Part shown: piece after piece, positions 1 to 9,373 of the stretch
Numbering within the stretch: position 1 is the stretch's first letter
Layout of the letters: each line of letters starts with the position of its first letter
NCBI GenBank assembly: GCA_963706575.1
Contig: CAVPNL010000006.1
Span: forward strand, 544,001-608,000
Origin: an uncultured delta proteobacterium
Lineage (GTDB): Bacteria > Desulfobacterota > Desulfobacteria > Desulfobacterales > JAHEIW01
Length of the DNA stretch: 64,000 bases
Direction of reading: 5' to 3'
Notes under the pieces: generated by a model
The model's input: the letters and a program-made list of their open reading frames with translations, nothing else
Told to the model about the DNA's origin: nothing
Databases searched by the model: none
Program-made: the position numbers and the translations under genes

Positions 1-2046
1 CGTAAGGACTTCAGGATGAATTTCTCCAACCAGCCCCAAGAGGATATCGTTGCCCAGAATTTGAGCGCTATACCCGCTTCTGGTATAGGCGCACTCTTTT
101 TCAGACAGGCGCGTAAATTGAATCCCGTCGATTTGTAAGGCATTTAACAGGCCTTCGACCACGCCTTTGATGTCATAAAAATCACAATCGGCTGCCTGGC
201 CATGCCAGGAAGCCTCATAGCGAGACCCGGTCCAGAGCCCGGCAAGGATTTCAGGTTCGCTGGGCAGATGTCCAGGGTTTTCATTGATAAAGATTTTGCC
301 GATTTCAAAAATCTTTAAATTTTTTATCTGCTGGGAAAAATTATAATGCATCGTTTCCAGAAAGCCCGGAACCAGAGATGTGCGCATAGCGGCCTGATCT
401 TCTGTCAGCGGATTTAAAATATCAACCCGCTGCCTTCGCGGATCATCTGCCTTTAATCTTAGCCGGTCAGCGGATTGTTGGTGCATAAAACTATAGTTGT
501 TGGTTTCGCGGAATCCAAATCCGGTCATCAGTCGGCGTATCCGGTTGCGAACATCGATTTCTTTGTGAAATGCTCGTCCGGTAGCGGGCATTGCCGGAAA
601 CGTCGTCGGGATATAGTTATACCCGGATAGCCGGGCGACTTCTTCCATGAGGTCTTCCGGTCTGGAGATATCCACACGGAAACTGGGAGGGGTGACCGTT
701 AAAAAATCCGCGTCCTTTTTTGAGCTCTTTTTTTCAACGCTAAATTCGATGGATTTGAGAAGATCTGCAATCTGCTTGTGTTGCAGCTGCGTTCCGAGCA
801 AGCGGTTGGTATTTTTGATACTCAGTTTCAGGCTTTTGACCGACTGGGGGTTGGGGTATTCATCTATCAGCCCGCTGATTAACCGGCCGCCGCCGAGTTC
901 GAGCATTAGTTTTGCCGCCCGGTTTGCGGCCGCAATTTGGCCTGCGGGATCTACCCCGCGCTCAAAGCGATGAGAAGCGTCGGTGCTCAAGCCCAGCCGT
1001 TTAGAAGTCCGGCGAGTGCTGACCGGGTTAAAATAGGCACTTTCAAGCAGCACCCGGGTGGTACTGTCTTTAATTTCGGAGTTGAACCCCCCCATGACCC
1101 CGCCGACCGCCACCGCTTTTTGGCCATCGCAGATCATCAGCATTTCAGGATCCAGGACACGTTCTTTTTGATCCAGGGTCACAAAGTGCTCGCCTTTGTT
1201 GGCTGTGCGCACCACGATTCTGTTTTCCGCCAAAAAGTCAAAATCGAAGGCATGCAGGGGTTGGCCGCTTTCCACTAACACAAAATTGGTTACATCCACG
1301 ATATTGTTAATCGGCCGCTGTCCGATAGATAAGAGCCGTTCCTGCAGCCAGAATGGAGAAGGCTTAATGGTAATGTCTTCAAGCAACCGCGCCACGTAGC
1401 GCGGGCAGTGGTCCGGGGCCTCGATTATAATTGATGTCCGTTCGGAAATCGTATTGCCTTCGTCGGCCAGGTTGAAATCTGGATACGTTAGACTGACCTT
1501 CTGGATAGCGGCAATTTCGCGGGCAACCCCGATAACGCTGAGACAATCGGGCCGGTTGGGGGTTATTTCAATTTCAAAAACGGTATCCGAAAGCGCCAAT
1601 GCGGATGCCAGTTTGTCGCCGACGGACAGGGACGGATCCAGAACCATGATCCCGCTGCGATCCTCGCCCAGACCCAGTTCGCCTTCACTGCAAAGCATCC
1701 CTTCGGAAGCCTGCCCGCGAATGACACTTTTTTCCAGAACAAAGCCTTCCGGAAATTCGGTACCGGGCAAGGCGATGGGTGAAAGCATTCCGGTTTTTGT
1801 ATTGGGTGCGCCACAGACGACGGAAACCTTTCCCTGACCGGTATCGACTTGGCACAAATGCAGTTTATCGGCATTGGGGTGGGGGGTGATTTCTTCAATT
1901 CGACCCACAAATACCGTGTCCAAATAGCTGTAGCGATCGGATACCGACTCGATCTCAAGCCCGACCATGGTCAGGGCTTGCGCCAGGTCCGATGGGTCCA
2001 TTTCAATCGGCACATAATCTTTGAGCCAGCTTAAACTTACTTTCAT
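1..2046 (-). CDS. pheT: Phenylalanine--tRNA ligase beta subunit (3' end outside window)
   Basis: Manual translation from ATG at 2046: MKVSLSWLKDYV...HPNADKLHLCQV...VVCGAPN...IRGQASEGMLCS...EITPNRPDCLSVIGVARE; lies downstream of pheS. Not listed in the ORF track, presumably because its stop lies outside the window. Confidence 0.97.
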   Translation of the reverse strand, partial: MKVSLSWLKDYVPIEMDPSDLAQALTMVGLEIESVSDRYSYLDTVFVGRIEEITPHPNADKLHLCQVDTGQGKVSVVCGAPNTKTGMLSPIALPGTEFPEGFVLEKSVIRGQASEGMLCSEGELGLGEDRSGIMVLDPSLSVGDKLASALALSDTVFEIEITPNRPDCLSVIGVAREIAAIQKVSLTYPDFNLADEGNTISERTSIIIEAPDHCPRYVARLLEDITIKPSPFWLQERLLSIGQRPINNIVDVTNFVLVESGQPLHAFDFDFLAENRIVVRTANKGEHFVTLDQKERVLDPEMLMICDGQKAVAVGGVMGGFNSEIKDSTTRVLLESAYFNPVSTRRTSKRLGLSTDASHRFERGVDPAGQIAAANRAAKLMLELGGGRLISGLIDEYPNPQSVKSLKLSIKNTNRLLGTQLQHKQIADLLKSIEFSVEKKSSKKDADFLTVTPPSFRVDISRPEDLMEEVARLSGYNYIPTTFPAMPATGRAFHKEIDVRNRIRRLMTGFGFRETNNYSFMHQQSADRLRLKADDPRRQRVDILNPLTEDQAAMRTSLVPGFLETMHYNFSQQIKNLKIFEIGKIFINENPGHLPSEPEILAGLWTGSRYEASWHGQAADCDFYDIKGVVEGLLNALQIDGIQFTRLSEKECAYTRSGYSAQILGNDILLGLVGEIHPEVLT

Positions 2047-2120
2047 TCCATAACCTATCTCAATTCGCCTCCGGGGAATTAACACCCGATGGTGAACCTT
2101 TAAACGGTGTTTACAACAAA

Positions 2121-2245
2121 TGAGCTAAAATTTAAAATGATCTAAAATGCCTAAAATTATGGTCTCGCTGCGCTCCAGCGCTTATTATTAATATGACAGA
2201 ATTCCTCAATTTTAGTCATTTTAGGCATTTCTTACTTTAGAGCAC
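2121..2245. repeat. Inverted degenerate 9-mer arrays (TGCCTAAAA-like / TTTTAGGCA-like) in the pheS-pheT spacer
   Basis: tgagctaaaa..tgatctaaaatgcctaaaa followed by ttttagtcattttaggca; a related array lies at ~26952-26990. Confidence 0.65.
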
Positions 2246-2315
2246 CGTTGAAACGTTTTTCCTCTGTCTTCGAAGATATACTGCTAATTTTGAGATGGCT
2301 TGATATAACTTTTTA

Positions 2316-3323
2316 CTAGAACTGACTCAGGAACCTTATATCGTTTTCAAAGAATTTGCGGATGTCGTCGATTCCGTATTTGAGCATGGCGATACGATCA
2401 ACGCCCATTCCAAAGGCAAAACCGGTATAGCGGTCGGCATCGTATCCAACGTTTTCATACAGTGCTGGATGAACCATTCCTGAACCCAGAATCTCCAGCC
2501 AACCGGTTTGCGAACATACTCGGCATCCTTTTCCCCGGCACATGACGCACAGGATATCGACTTCGGCACTGGGTTCGGTAAAGGGGAAAAAACCGGGCCG
2601 AAATCGAAGGCTGGTATGTTCATCAAACATCTGATGGACAAAGGCGGTGAGCGTTCCTTTTAAGTCCCCGAAAGAGATATTTTCATCCACCAGCAAACCT
2701 TCAACCTGGTGAAACATGGGCGTGTGTGTCAGGTCCGAGTCGCAGCGATAAACTTTACCCGGCATGATGATGCGCACCGGTGGTTGCTGTTTTTCCATCG
2801 TTCGAATCTGAAGGGGAGATGTGTGCGTTCTGAGCACGATATCATCTGAGATGAAAAAGGTATCCTGCATGTCCCGGGCCGGATGATCCTTTGGGAAATT
2901 AAGGGCCTCGAAATTGTAATAGTCCAGTTCGACTTCCGGCCCTTCGGCAATTTCAAATCCCATTTCAGTAAAAATATCGCAAATTCGCTGGTTAATCTGG
3001 GTAATGGGATGCAGCGACCCGCCGGGTGCCGGCCGTCCGGGCAAAGAAACATCGATTCCCTTCTTATCTGTTTTTGCGGCTGTTTCGAGTTCTTGGATGG
3101 CTTCTTTACAGGCGACATCAAGCAGGTTTTTTACTTCATTTGCTTGTCTGCCGGCTGCCGGTCGCTGTTCGGCAGGAAGTTTGGAAATGTTCCTTAAGAA
3201 TTGAGTGAAAATACCCTTGCGCCCCAGATAACGGACGCTGATATCCTTGACCGCCTGAGAGTCTGCTGCTGCTTTGAGCTCCTCTAAAGCTTCCTGATAA
3301 ATTTGATCAATGGATTTATCCAA
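2316..3323 (-). CDS. pheS: Phenylalanine--tRNA ligase alpha subunit
   Basis: HPARDMQDTF, LRTHTSP, FHQVEGL, FFPFTEPSAEVD, GFAFGMGVDRIAML motifs; TTG start. Confidence 0.98.
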   Translation of the reverse strand: MDKSIDQIYQEALEELKAAADSQAVKDISVRYLGRKGIFTQFLRNISKLPAEQRPAAGRQANEVKNLLDVACKEAIQELETAAKTDKKGIDVSLPGRPAPGGSLHPITQINQRICDIFTEMGFEIAEGPEVELDYYNFEALNFPKDHPARDMQDTFFISDDIVLRTHTSPLQIRTMEKQQPPVRIIMPGKVYRCDSDLTHTPMFHQVEGLLVDENISFGDLKGTLTAFVHQMFDEHTSLRFRPGFFPFTEPSAEVDILCVMCRGKGCRVCSQTGWLEILGSGMVHPALYENVGYDADRYTGFAFGMGVDRIAMLKYGIDDIRKFFENDIRFLSQF

Positions 3324-3351
3324 TTTTTAAATTTGAAACGATCGATTAGGG

Positions 3352-3702
3352 TTACAGTTTCTGGGCGGCCAACTCCGCAATCTTCGCAAAGCCGGATGGA
3401 TCCGAAACGGCCAGCTCCGCCAGGACTTTTCGATCCAGGTCGACTTTCGCCAGTTTAAGACCGTGGATGAACCTGCTGTACGACAATTTGTGGATACGGG
3501 CAGCGGCATTTATCCGTGCGATCCACAGCCTGCGAAAATCGCGCTTGCGTTGACGCCGATCCCGATAGGCGTACATGAGGGATTTATCGACTGCATCCGC
3601 CGCCGTTCGCAATAATTTGCTGCGACCGCCGCGAAAGCCTTTGGCCAATTTTAAAATCTTTTTTCGTCTTCTTCTGGCTTTGAAGCCGCGTTTTATTCTC
3701 AT
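3352..3702 (-). CDS. rplT: 50S ribosomal protein L20
   Basis: [23 protein letters not shown]...[30 protein letters not shown] before ATG 3702. Confidence 0.98.
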   Translation of the reverse strand: MRIKRGFKARRRRKKILKLAKGFRGGRSKLLRTAADAVDKSLMYAYRDRRQRKRDFRRLWIARINAAARIHKLSYSRFIHGLKLAKVDLDRKVLAELAVSDPSGFAKIAELAAQKL

Positions 3703-3941
3703 CTTTATTTCTCCATTGTGCCTTATAGCATAAATGCTATGCTGATATATTTTTTGGTTGTAATTTAGGTCTATATGGCAAAGGGCTAAGCGCAAAGCGC
3801 ATAGCGTAAAAAATTGAAATCTTTCTTTTTTAGTTAGTTAGTTCGCTTTGCTCTATGCGCTATGCTTTATTCGTCGTGGGAATCCGCTGGAGACGGGCTC
3901 ATTAGAACAAAGCGAAAAAACATCATTTAGAAATGGCAACT

Positions 3942-4139
3942 CTATCCGTTGGGCAACATTAATCTTATTGCCTTCGCATTGGTTTTGTCAACGAGCCGGC
4001 TTTTACGCAGGGAACGTTTTCGTTTGGTTGTTTTTTTGGTTAAAATATGACCGGCACAGGATTTCTTATAGACAATCTTTCCCGTGCCTGTTTTGCGAAA
4101 TCGTTTGGCTGCAGCTCGATTTGTTTTTATTTTTGGCAT
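3942..4139 (-). CDS. rpmI: 50S ribosomal protein L35
   Basis: [21 protein letters not shown]...HILTKK; 65 aa; located between infC and rplT. Confidence 0.97.
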   Translation of the reverse strand: MPKIKTNRAAAKRFRKTGTGKIVYKKSCAGHILTKKTTKRKRSLRKSRLVDKTNAKAIRLMLPNG

Positions 4140-4277
4140 TATATTTCTCCTTTTTGTAAAAATAGATGGCGTGAGCAATCACGAATTCCGTCTCACGCCA
4201 CCTGAAAACGTATCCAATTAGAGTCTGGGGCAACGCCCTGCACGGGCTTCTTAATATAAATTAATTTTCAGATCAAG

Positions 4278-4817
4278 TTATTTCGGTGAAAGAACCATTA
4301 CCAGGATTCGGCCTTCAAATTTGGGATTTTGTTCCACCATCGCAACTTCTTCTGTTTCTTCAATAATCCTTTGGAGCACCTCTTTTCCAAGTTCCGAGAG
4401 GGTAATTTCGCGACCTCTGAAAATAACGCTCACTTTGACCTTGTCTTTATTGTCGATAAATTTTTTAATATGAGCGATTTTAACCTGCAGGTCATGCTCA
4501 CCGGTTTTGGGGCGAACTTTTATCTCTTTGAGCTGAAAGGTGCTTTGTTTTTTCTTGGCCTCCTGCTTTTTTTTCGTTTGCTCGTACCGATAGCGGCCAT
4601 AATCCATAATTTTACAGACCGGTGGTTTTGCATTCGGTGAGACTTCCACCAGATCAAGGCCGGCCTCATTGGCAGCTTCAAGAGCTTCTTTGATCGGTAT
4701 AATTCCGATTTGTTCTCCGTCGGGGTCGATTACCCTGACTTCTCTTGCTCGAATTCTTTTATTAATGTTAACTTGGTCAGATCGATTCGGTCTTTGGGGT
4801 CGTCTTGGAACAGCTAT
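4278..4817 (-). CDS. infC: Translation initiation factor IF-3, non-canonical ATA start
   Basis: The ORF-track frame extends upstream (INKRIRAREVRVIDPDGEQIGI...LDLVEVSPNAKPPVCKIMDYG) to an ATA 5 nt after AGGAGGTG. Confidence 0.93.
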   Translation of the reverse strand: MAVPRRPQRPNRSDQVNINKRIRAREVRVIDPDGEQIGIIPIKEALEAANEAGLDLVEVSPNAKPPVCKIMDYGRYRYEQTKKKQEAKKKQSTFQLKEIKVRPKTGEHDLQVKIAHIKKFIDNKDKVKVSVIFRGREITLSELGKEVLQRIIEETEEVAMVEQNPKFEGRILVMVLSPK

Positions 4818-4829
4818 GTTTTCACCTCC

Positions 4830-4955
4830 TATGCTAGAATTGTCCGTTACGGATGACTCGGGTGTTGCCTCAGTGCGAAAGCCGCCAAGGCGGTGTTCAA
4901 ATTCAAGCTGAAAATCTCAGCACCGTTTCATCCTGTGGCGCTCAATTTAGGCTTT
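4830..4955 (-). promoter_or_regulatory. Structured 5' leader of infC-rpmI-rplT (possible L20-responsive ribosomal leader)
   Basis: Hairpins CCGCC-TT-GGCGG and TCCG-TAA-CGGA directly upstream of the infC RBS; position typical of L20 leaders. Confidence 0.35.
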
Positions 4956-5136
4956 TTAAGCCTCCAATTTATCCACAATATCGTTATTTACTTATTACCA
5001 GAGCTCAATAGGAGCTATTTATCAGTGTGGAATATATAACAAAATTAAGAAATGCAAGAAAAAAATGCAAGTAAAAACATGTTTCGATCAGGTTGAAACC
5101 TCCGGCTAAAGTGGCGATGGACCTGGAGAAAAGCAT

Positions 5137-5637
5137 TTATTGGTTGAGGGTATACGTGGCCAAAATGCTGTTTTTCAAATACGTGTTTTGCGGTTTTGAA
5201 AAAAAGGTTTTCAACAATTTCAAACTTTCGTTACGCAATATGCCGGGTATGATCATCATTTGATTTGATTTATACAAAGGTGTCATGTTCGCTGTATCGC
5301 AGTGGGTGCCGCCTCCCATTGCGTCCTCATAAGCAAAAACAAGCGTGCCGATACCGCTGATCATCAGGGCACCAAAACACATTAGGCAAGGCTCCAGCGT
5401 GCTGAACACAGTGACTTCTCGCAGATTAATTTTAGGGTTCAGGCGGAACAACCTTCTTAAGGCAACCATCTCGGCATGATCGACTTCATTGGGGTAATCT
5501 CCGGTGGTGCCTTTGCGGGAGCCACTTGCCAGGGTTGTGTTGTCGTGAGCCATGACGCAGCCCACCGGAAACTCACCGGCAACCAGAGCGGCCTGTGCTT
5601 CCTCCAGCGCTTTTTTCATAAAGTGGTCGTAGTCCAT
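5137..5637 (-). CDS. Zn-dependent nucleoside/tRNA deaminase (TadA/cytidine deaminase family)
   Basis: HAEMVAL and TLEPCLMC motifs. Confidence 0.9.
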   Translation of the reverse strand: MDYDHFMKKALEEAQAALVAGEFPVGCVMAHDNTTLASGSRKGTTGDYPNEVDHAEMVALRRLFRLNPKINLREVTVFSTLEPCLMCFGALMISGIGTLVFAYEDAMGGGTHCDTANMTPLYKSNQMMIIPGILRNESLKLLKTFFSKPQNTYLKNSILATYTLNQ

Positions 5638-5651
5638 TTATTTCCTTTAGA

Positions 5652-5721
5652 GGTTTCAGGTGTCGGGTGTCAGGTGTCAGAATCGGCAGCGCTGACACCT
5701 GACACCTGAACACTGACACCT
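5652..5721. repeat. Inverted degenerate 7-mer arrays (GGTGTCA)n / (TGACACC)n
   Basis: ggtttcaggtgtcgggtgtcaggtgtcag...ctgacacctgacacctgaacactgacacc. Confidence 0.8.
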
Positions 5722-5777
5722 AATTACATAATACATGACACCGATTGATTGTAACCGTTGCAACGTGGTTCGAAAGT

Positions 5778-6329
5778 TTACAACCGACAGATATCATCGT
5801 CACATTCACATCGATCATCGACTTCATAACAATAAAGGATTCTTGACTCCATCTCGGCCTGTTGATCTGAAATCGGCGCAAAAGTTTTGCCGGCCGCCAT
5901 CTTTGTTAAATCCGCTTTTGACGGGATCGATTCCAGACCGTTGGCGGTGACTTCACCCGATGTGCCGTTGATTATCTCGGCATCTTGTCCGTTGGTGATG
6001 ACGGCCACCGGCACCTGATATGGTGCAATCAGCCGCGATGCTGCCAGCACCGCGCGCCTCCGGGTTACCAGGGAGCCGGGCCCATACTTCAGGACCATGC
6101 ACATCTTGCCCTTCAGCGTTATGGTAAAATCAATTTTCAGAACCGCTTTTTTACTGTCGGCTCTGGCGACCAGCGCTCTGCGCGGCTCAACATCCGCTTT
6201 TAAGTACCCTAACTGACCGGTCAGCAGGCGAGCGATTTTTTGTCGATAGCGCTCATCGTGGGTGTCTTTCAGGGTGTCACCGGTGATAAAATCGGTCAGT
6301 TCGCCCAGTATGAGATGATGTCCATTCAT
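5778..6329 (-). CDS. Stand-alone HsdR N-terminal-like (PD-(D/E)xK-like) domain protein
   Basis: DTHDERYRQKIARLL...LGY and VAVITNG segments resemble this family. Confidence 0.55.
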   Translation of the reverse strand: MNGHHLILGELTDFITGDTLKDTHDERYRQKIARLLTGQLGYLKADVEPRRALVARADSKKAVLKIDFTITLKGKMCMVLKYGPGSLVTRRRAVLAASRLIAPYQVPVAVITNGQDAEIINGTSGEVTANGLESIPSKADLTKMAAGKTFAPISDQQAEMESRILYCYEVDDRCECDDDICRL

Positions 6330-6564
6330 TCGCTTCGATTGATCCTGTCCCCATGGCTGCGGTCCCGCTTAGCGGGGCGGGCCGGTTTTGAGACCACTTC
6401 TAATCAGATATACCTTTACAATCGGTTGCATCGCTAATAATATACGCATCTTTTAGATTTTCCAAACGATTTATGTTATTGTCAGTCCGATCAGCCCCGA
6501 TCGCCATCTCGCTAAACCGGTGTCTGAAAATTGTATAAAAGGGAATTTCGGGTATACCCGCATC

Positions 6565-7620
6565 ATGTCAATTCGAGAAGAATATGAACGGCGCGAGAAA
6601 AAATTTTTGTCGCCATTCGGGTGTTTGAGTTCCGAATCGCGGGGTCGTGCCCTTGTCGAAAAACCCTGTTCGGTCCGGACGGCGTTCCAGCTGGATCGAG
6701 ATCGAATTGTGTATTCAAATGGCTTCAGGCGGCTAAAACACAAGACGCAGGTTTTTCTGGCCCCGTTGGGTGATGATTACAGGACACGCCTGACGCATAC
6801 GCTGGAAGTGGCTCAGATGGCAAGGGCCATGGCCCGGGCCCTGTTTTTAAACGAAGATCTGGTTGAAGCGATCGCACTGGCTCATGATCTTGGCCATACG
6901 CCCTTCGGGCATAGCGGTGAAACCGTTCTAAAAGAGATTTATTCAGCGGATTTTTCACACAACGAACAGAGTCTGCGCGTAGTTGAGGTCCTGGAGAATA
7001 ACGGCACCGGGCTTAACCTGAGTGCTGAAGTTCGCGACGGCATATTAAAACACTCGAAAGGCTATGGGAAAATCATTCCGGATGATCCCGCAGAACTGGC
7101 CTATACGTATGAGGGTCGTATCGCACGCATCGCTGACATTATGGCCTATTTAAATCATGACCTCGAGGATGCGATTCGAAGCGGTGTGATTCGACCCGAG
7201 CAAGTGCCTGATCAGTGTACCAGGGTATTGGGGGTTACCCATTCAGAGCGGGCGGAAACCATGATCCGGGCACTGATTGCTTCCAGCCAGGTCAAAAATG
7301 GAGAGCTTAAACTGGAAATTAGCGATGATGTCCATTCGGCCATGACGGCTCTAAGGCAGTTTCTATATGATAATGTTTACCGTTCGCCACAGGTGCATAA
7401 GGATTTTGAGAAGGCCAAAAAAATGCTATCCGAGCTGTACACCTATTTTTTAGAAAATGAAGAACTGCTGCACCAAAAATTAACCGAGCTCCAGATGCTG
7501 GGGCGCAATCATAACAACCAGCCCAAAGATCGAACCGTTTGTGACCTGATTGCCAGTATGACCGACCGCTATGCCATGAGCCTTTATCAGAAGATCTTCT
7601 TTCCATCGCCGGTTGTATAA
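6565..7620 (+). CDS. dgt: Deoxyguanosinetriphosphate triphosphohydrolase (HD family)
   Basis: FQLDRDRI, FRRLKHKTQVF, RTRLTHTLEVAQ, AHDLGHTPFGHSGE, ADIMAYLNHD, IASMTDRYA. Confidence 0.93.
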   Translation: MSIREEYERREKKFLSPFGCLSSESRGRALVEKPCSVRTAFQLDRDRIVYSNGFRRLKHKTQVFLAPLGDDYRTRLTHTLEVAQMARAMARALFLNEDLVEAIALAHDLGHTPFGHSGETVLKEIYSADFSHNEQSLRVVEVLENNGTGLNLSAEVRDGILKHSKGYGKIIPDDPAELAYTYEGRIARIADIMAYLNHDLEDAIRSGVIRPEQVPDQCTRVLGVTHSERAETMIRALIASSQVKNGELKLEISDDVHSAMTALRQFLYDNVYRSPQVHKDFEKAKKMLSELYTYFLENEELLHQKLTELQMLGRNHNNQPKDRTVCDLIASMTDRYAMSLYQKIFFPSPVV

Positions 7621-7697
7621 TTTCTGAATTTTGCATGAAAATTAATGAGAATATGAAAGCCTCCGACCCGTGCAAAACTCAGAAATCAAGATCCGCT

Positions 7698-8404
7698 ATG
7701 ATTCTACCTTTTGAAAAAGATTCAATAGCAGCAGCCGTGGATGCTGCATATATTGATCGGCTGAAGCAGATCTATGCTGTCATGGATCGAGCTTATCATC
7801 GGGCAGCAGGCCACTACGGCTTTGCCTGTGACGGATGTAGGGATAGTTGCTGCCGGTCCCGATTTTACCATCATACGATAATTGAGTATGATTATCTGAT
7901 AGAAGGACTGAAAACCCTTAATTTCGAAAAACTAAAAGAGGTGACATCGCGAGCCATAACCGTGGTTGACGAAACCGCCCGGGCCGATAAGCAGCGGCAC
8001 GGCCGTGCGGCTGCTGTGCCCGCTTAATTTTGATGAATTGTGCATCCTGTATCCCTATCGCCCGATGATCTGCCGGTTGCACGGCATCCCACATGAATTG
8101 CAAAAACCCGGGCAAATGCCGGTTTATGGCCCTGGCTGCGCAAACTTTTGACCGTCGTTGCGGCCCCAAAGGCTATTTTAAATTTGATCGCACGCCGTTT
8201 TATCGCCAAGTGGCAATGCTTGAACAGGAAGTTAAGCAAGCAATGGGTTTTGACGGAAAAATCAGGATGACCGTTGCGGAAATGATCCTCACGAATTGCA
8301 TAGCGCAGAGCGCAAAGCGCATAGGGTCAGTAAGAAAACGCTATGCGCCATGCCCTATGCGCTATGCCAGAGGAAACGACCTTGAAGTCCATAGATTTAG
8401 ATAA
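7698..8404 (+). pseudogene. YkgJ/FliB-like Cys-cluster protein split by two +1 frameshifts (~7995, ~8140)
   Basis: CDGCRDSCC in one frame, CPLN..C.LY..RP.ICRLHG in the second, and the C-terminus in the third; either real inactivation or a sequence error. Confidence 0.75.
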
Positions 8405-9177
8405 ACTCAAAGAATTACCCGGGCGCCGGATTGAAGCCGGAGACACCTTCTCGTTTCGCTGCTATCCGGGAATCGGCTGTTATAATCGCTGCTGCCGGAA
8501 TCTGAATCTATTTTTATACCCCTACGATGTGCTGCGATTAAAAAACGCGCTGGGCTATTTCTTCAGATGAATTCCTCGATCAATATGTGGATGTGGTTCT
8601 GCGAGCCTCCAATTTTTTCCCTGAAGTCCTTTTGCGGATGTCTGAAGACAAAGAGAAGACCTGCCCGTTTTTGGTGGATGCGGGCTGCGCGGTTTATCCG
8701 GATCGCCCGGATACGTGCCGCACATTTCCGGTTGAGCAGGGGGTTTTGTATGATGCCGCCGGCAAAAAAGATACGGCGGTGCATTTTTTCAGGCCGCCGG
8801 ATTTTTGCCTGGGGCAGCACGAGGACCGGGAGTGGACCGTGGCGACCTGGTCGCGGGATCAGGATGCCGGGCGTTATCACAAAATGACCATTCGCTGGGC
8901 GGGTTTAAAACGGCTTTTTCAGACCGATCCCTGGGGAACCGAGGGCCCCGAAGGCCCCAGGGCCAGGATGGCCTTTATGGCCACTTACAATATCGACCGC
9001 TTCCGGGAATTTGTATTTCACAGCAGTTTTTTAAAACGCTACAAGGTCAAAGCGGCAGTTCTCAAAAAGATAACAGCAGATGATGCGGAATTGCTCAAAT
9101 TCGGCTTTGATTGGGTGAAGCTTTCCCTGTGGAATATCAGGAGCACTTCATTTAAAGAGCGAACCTTCGGTCCTTAA
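8364..9177 (+). pseudogene. YkgJ-family Cys-cluster protein with +1 frameshift at ~8556
   Basis: FSFRCYPGIGCYNRCCRNLNLFLYPYDVLRL joins to ISSDEFLDQY...CPFL...CAVYPDRPDTCRTFP; paralogous to 10422-11147. Confidence 0.8.
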
Positions 9178-9302
9178 GGAGCGGCTCTGCGAGCCTTGAG
9201 GAATGTTCCTTTGGAACTCTAAGTTGGGGGCAATATTGTTAAGCTTCTAGCGAAGCGATCCTCGAGTGAAACGCTCCTCAAGACCCGCCTTGCGGGGCGC
9301 TC
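9175..9302. repeat. Convergent arrays of T-N-N-A-R-GAGC 9-mers, each followed by a short hairpin
   Basis: GAGCGGCTCTGCGAGCCTTGAGGAATGTTCCTTTGGAAC here nearly matches the reverse complement of ~23386-23425. Confidence 0.7.
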
Positions 9303-9373
9303 GCTAACCTGGCGGAACCCCTGCTGGCAGAACCCTTTTAGATTTAAATTGGTATCAGTGGGTGGCCATCGAT

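Noticed and set aside
647..2034. Short ORFs overlapping pheT, and similar antisense/alternate-frame ORFs throughout the window (e.g. 13011-13766, 34256-34870, 63029-63619)
   Set aside because: They are shadow ORFs overlapping well-supported genes, with no recognisable motifs.
5778..6329. Type I restriction-modification system
   Set aside because: Only a short HsdR-N-like domain is present; there is no helicase, hsdM or hsdS nearby.
8149..8570. TGA stops at 8149-8151 and 8568-8570 as selenocysteine codons
   Set aside because: Homologous sequence continues in a different frame before each stop, so these are frameshift consequences, not readthrough.
9175..9302. GAGC repeat/variable-unit arrays as a CRISPR array
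   Set aside because: Units are ~9 nt with 7-17 nt palindromic inserts and only 2-3 per arm; there are no cas genes.
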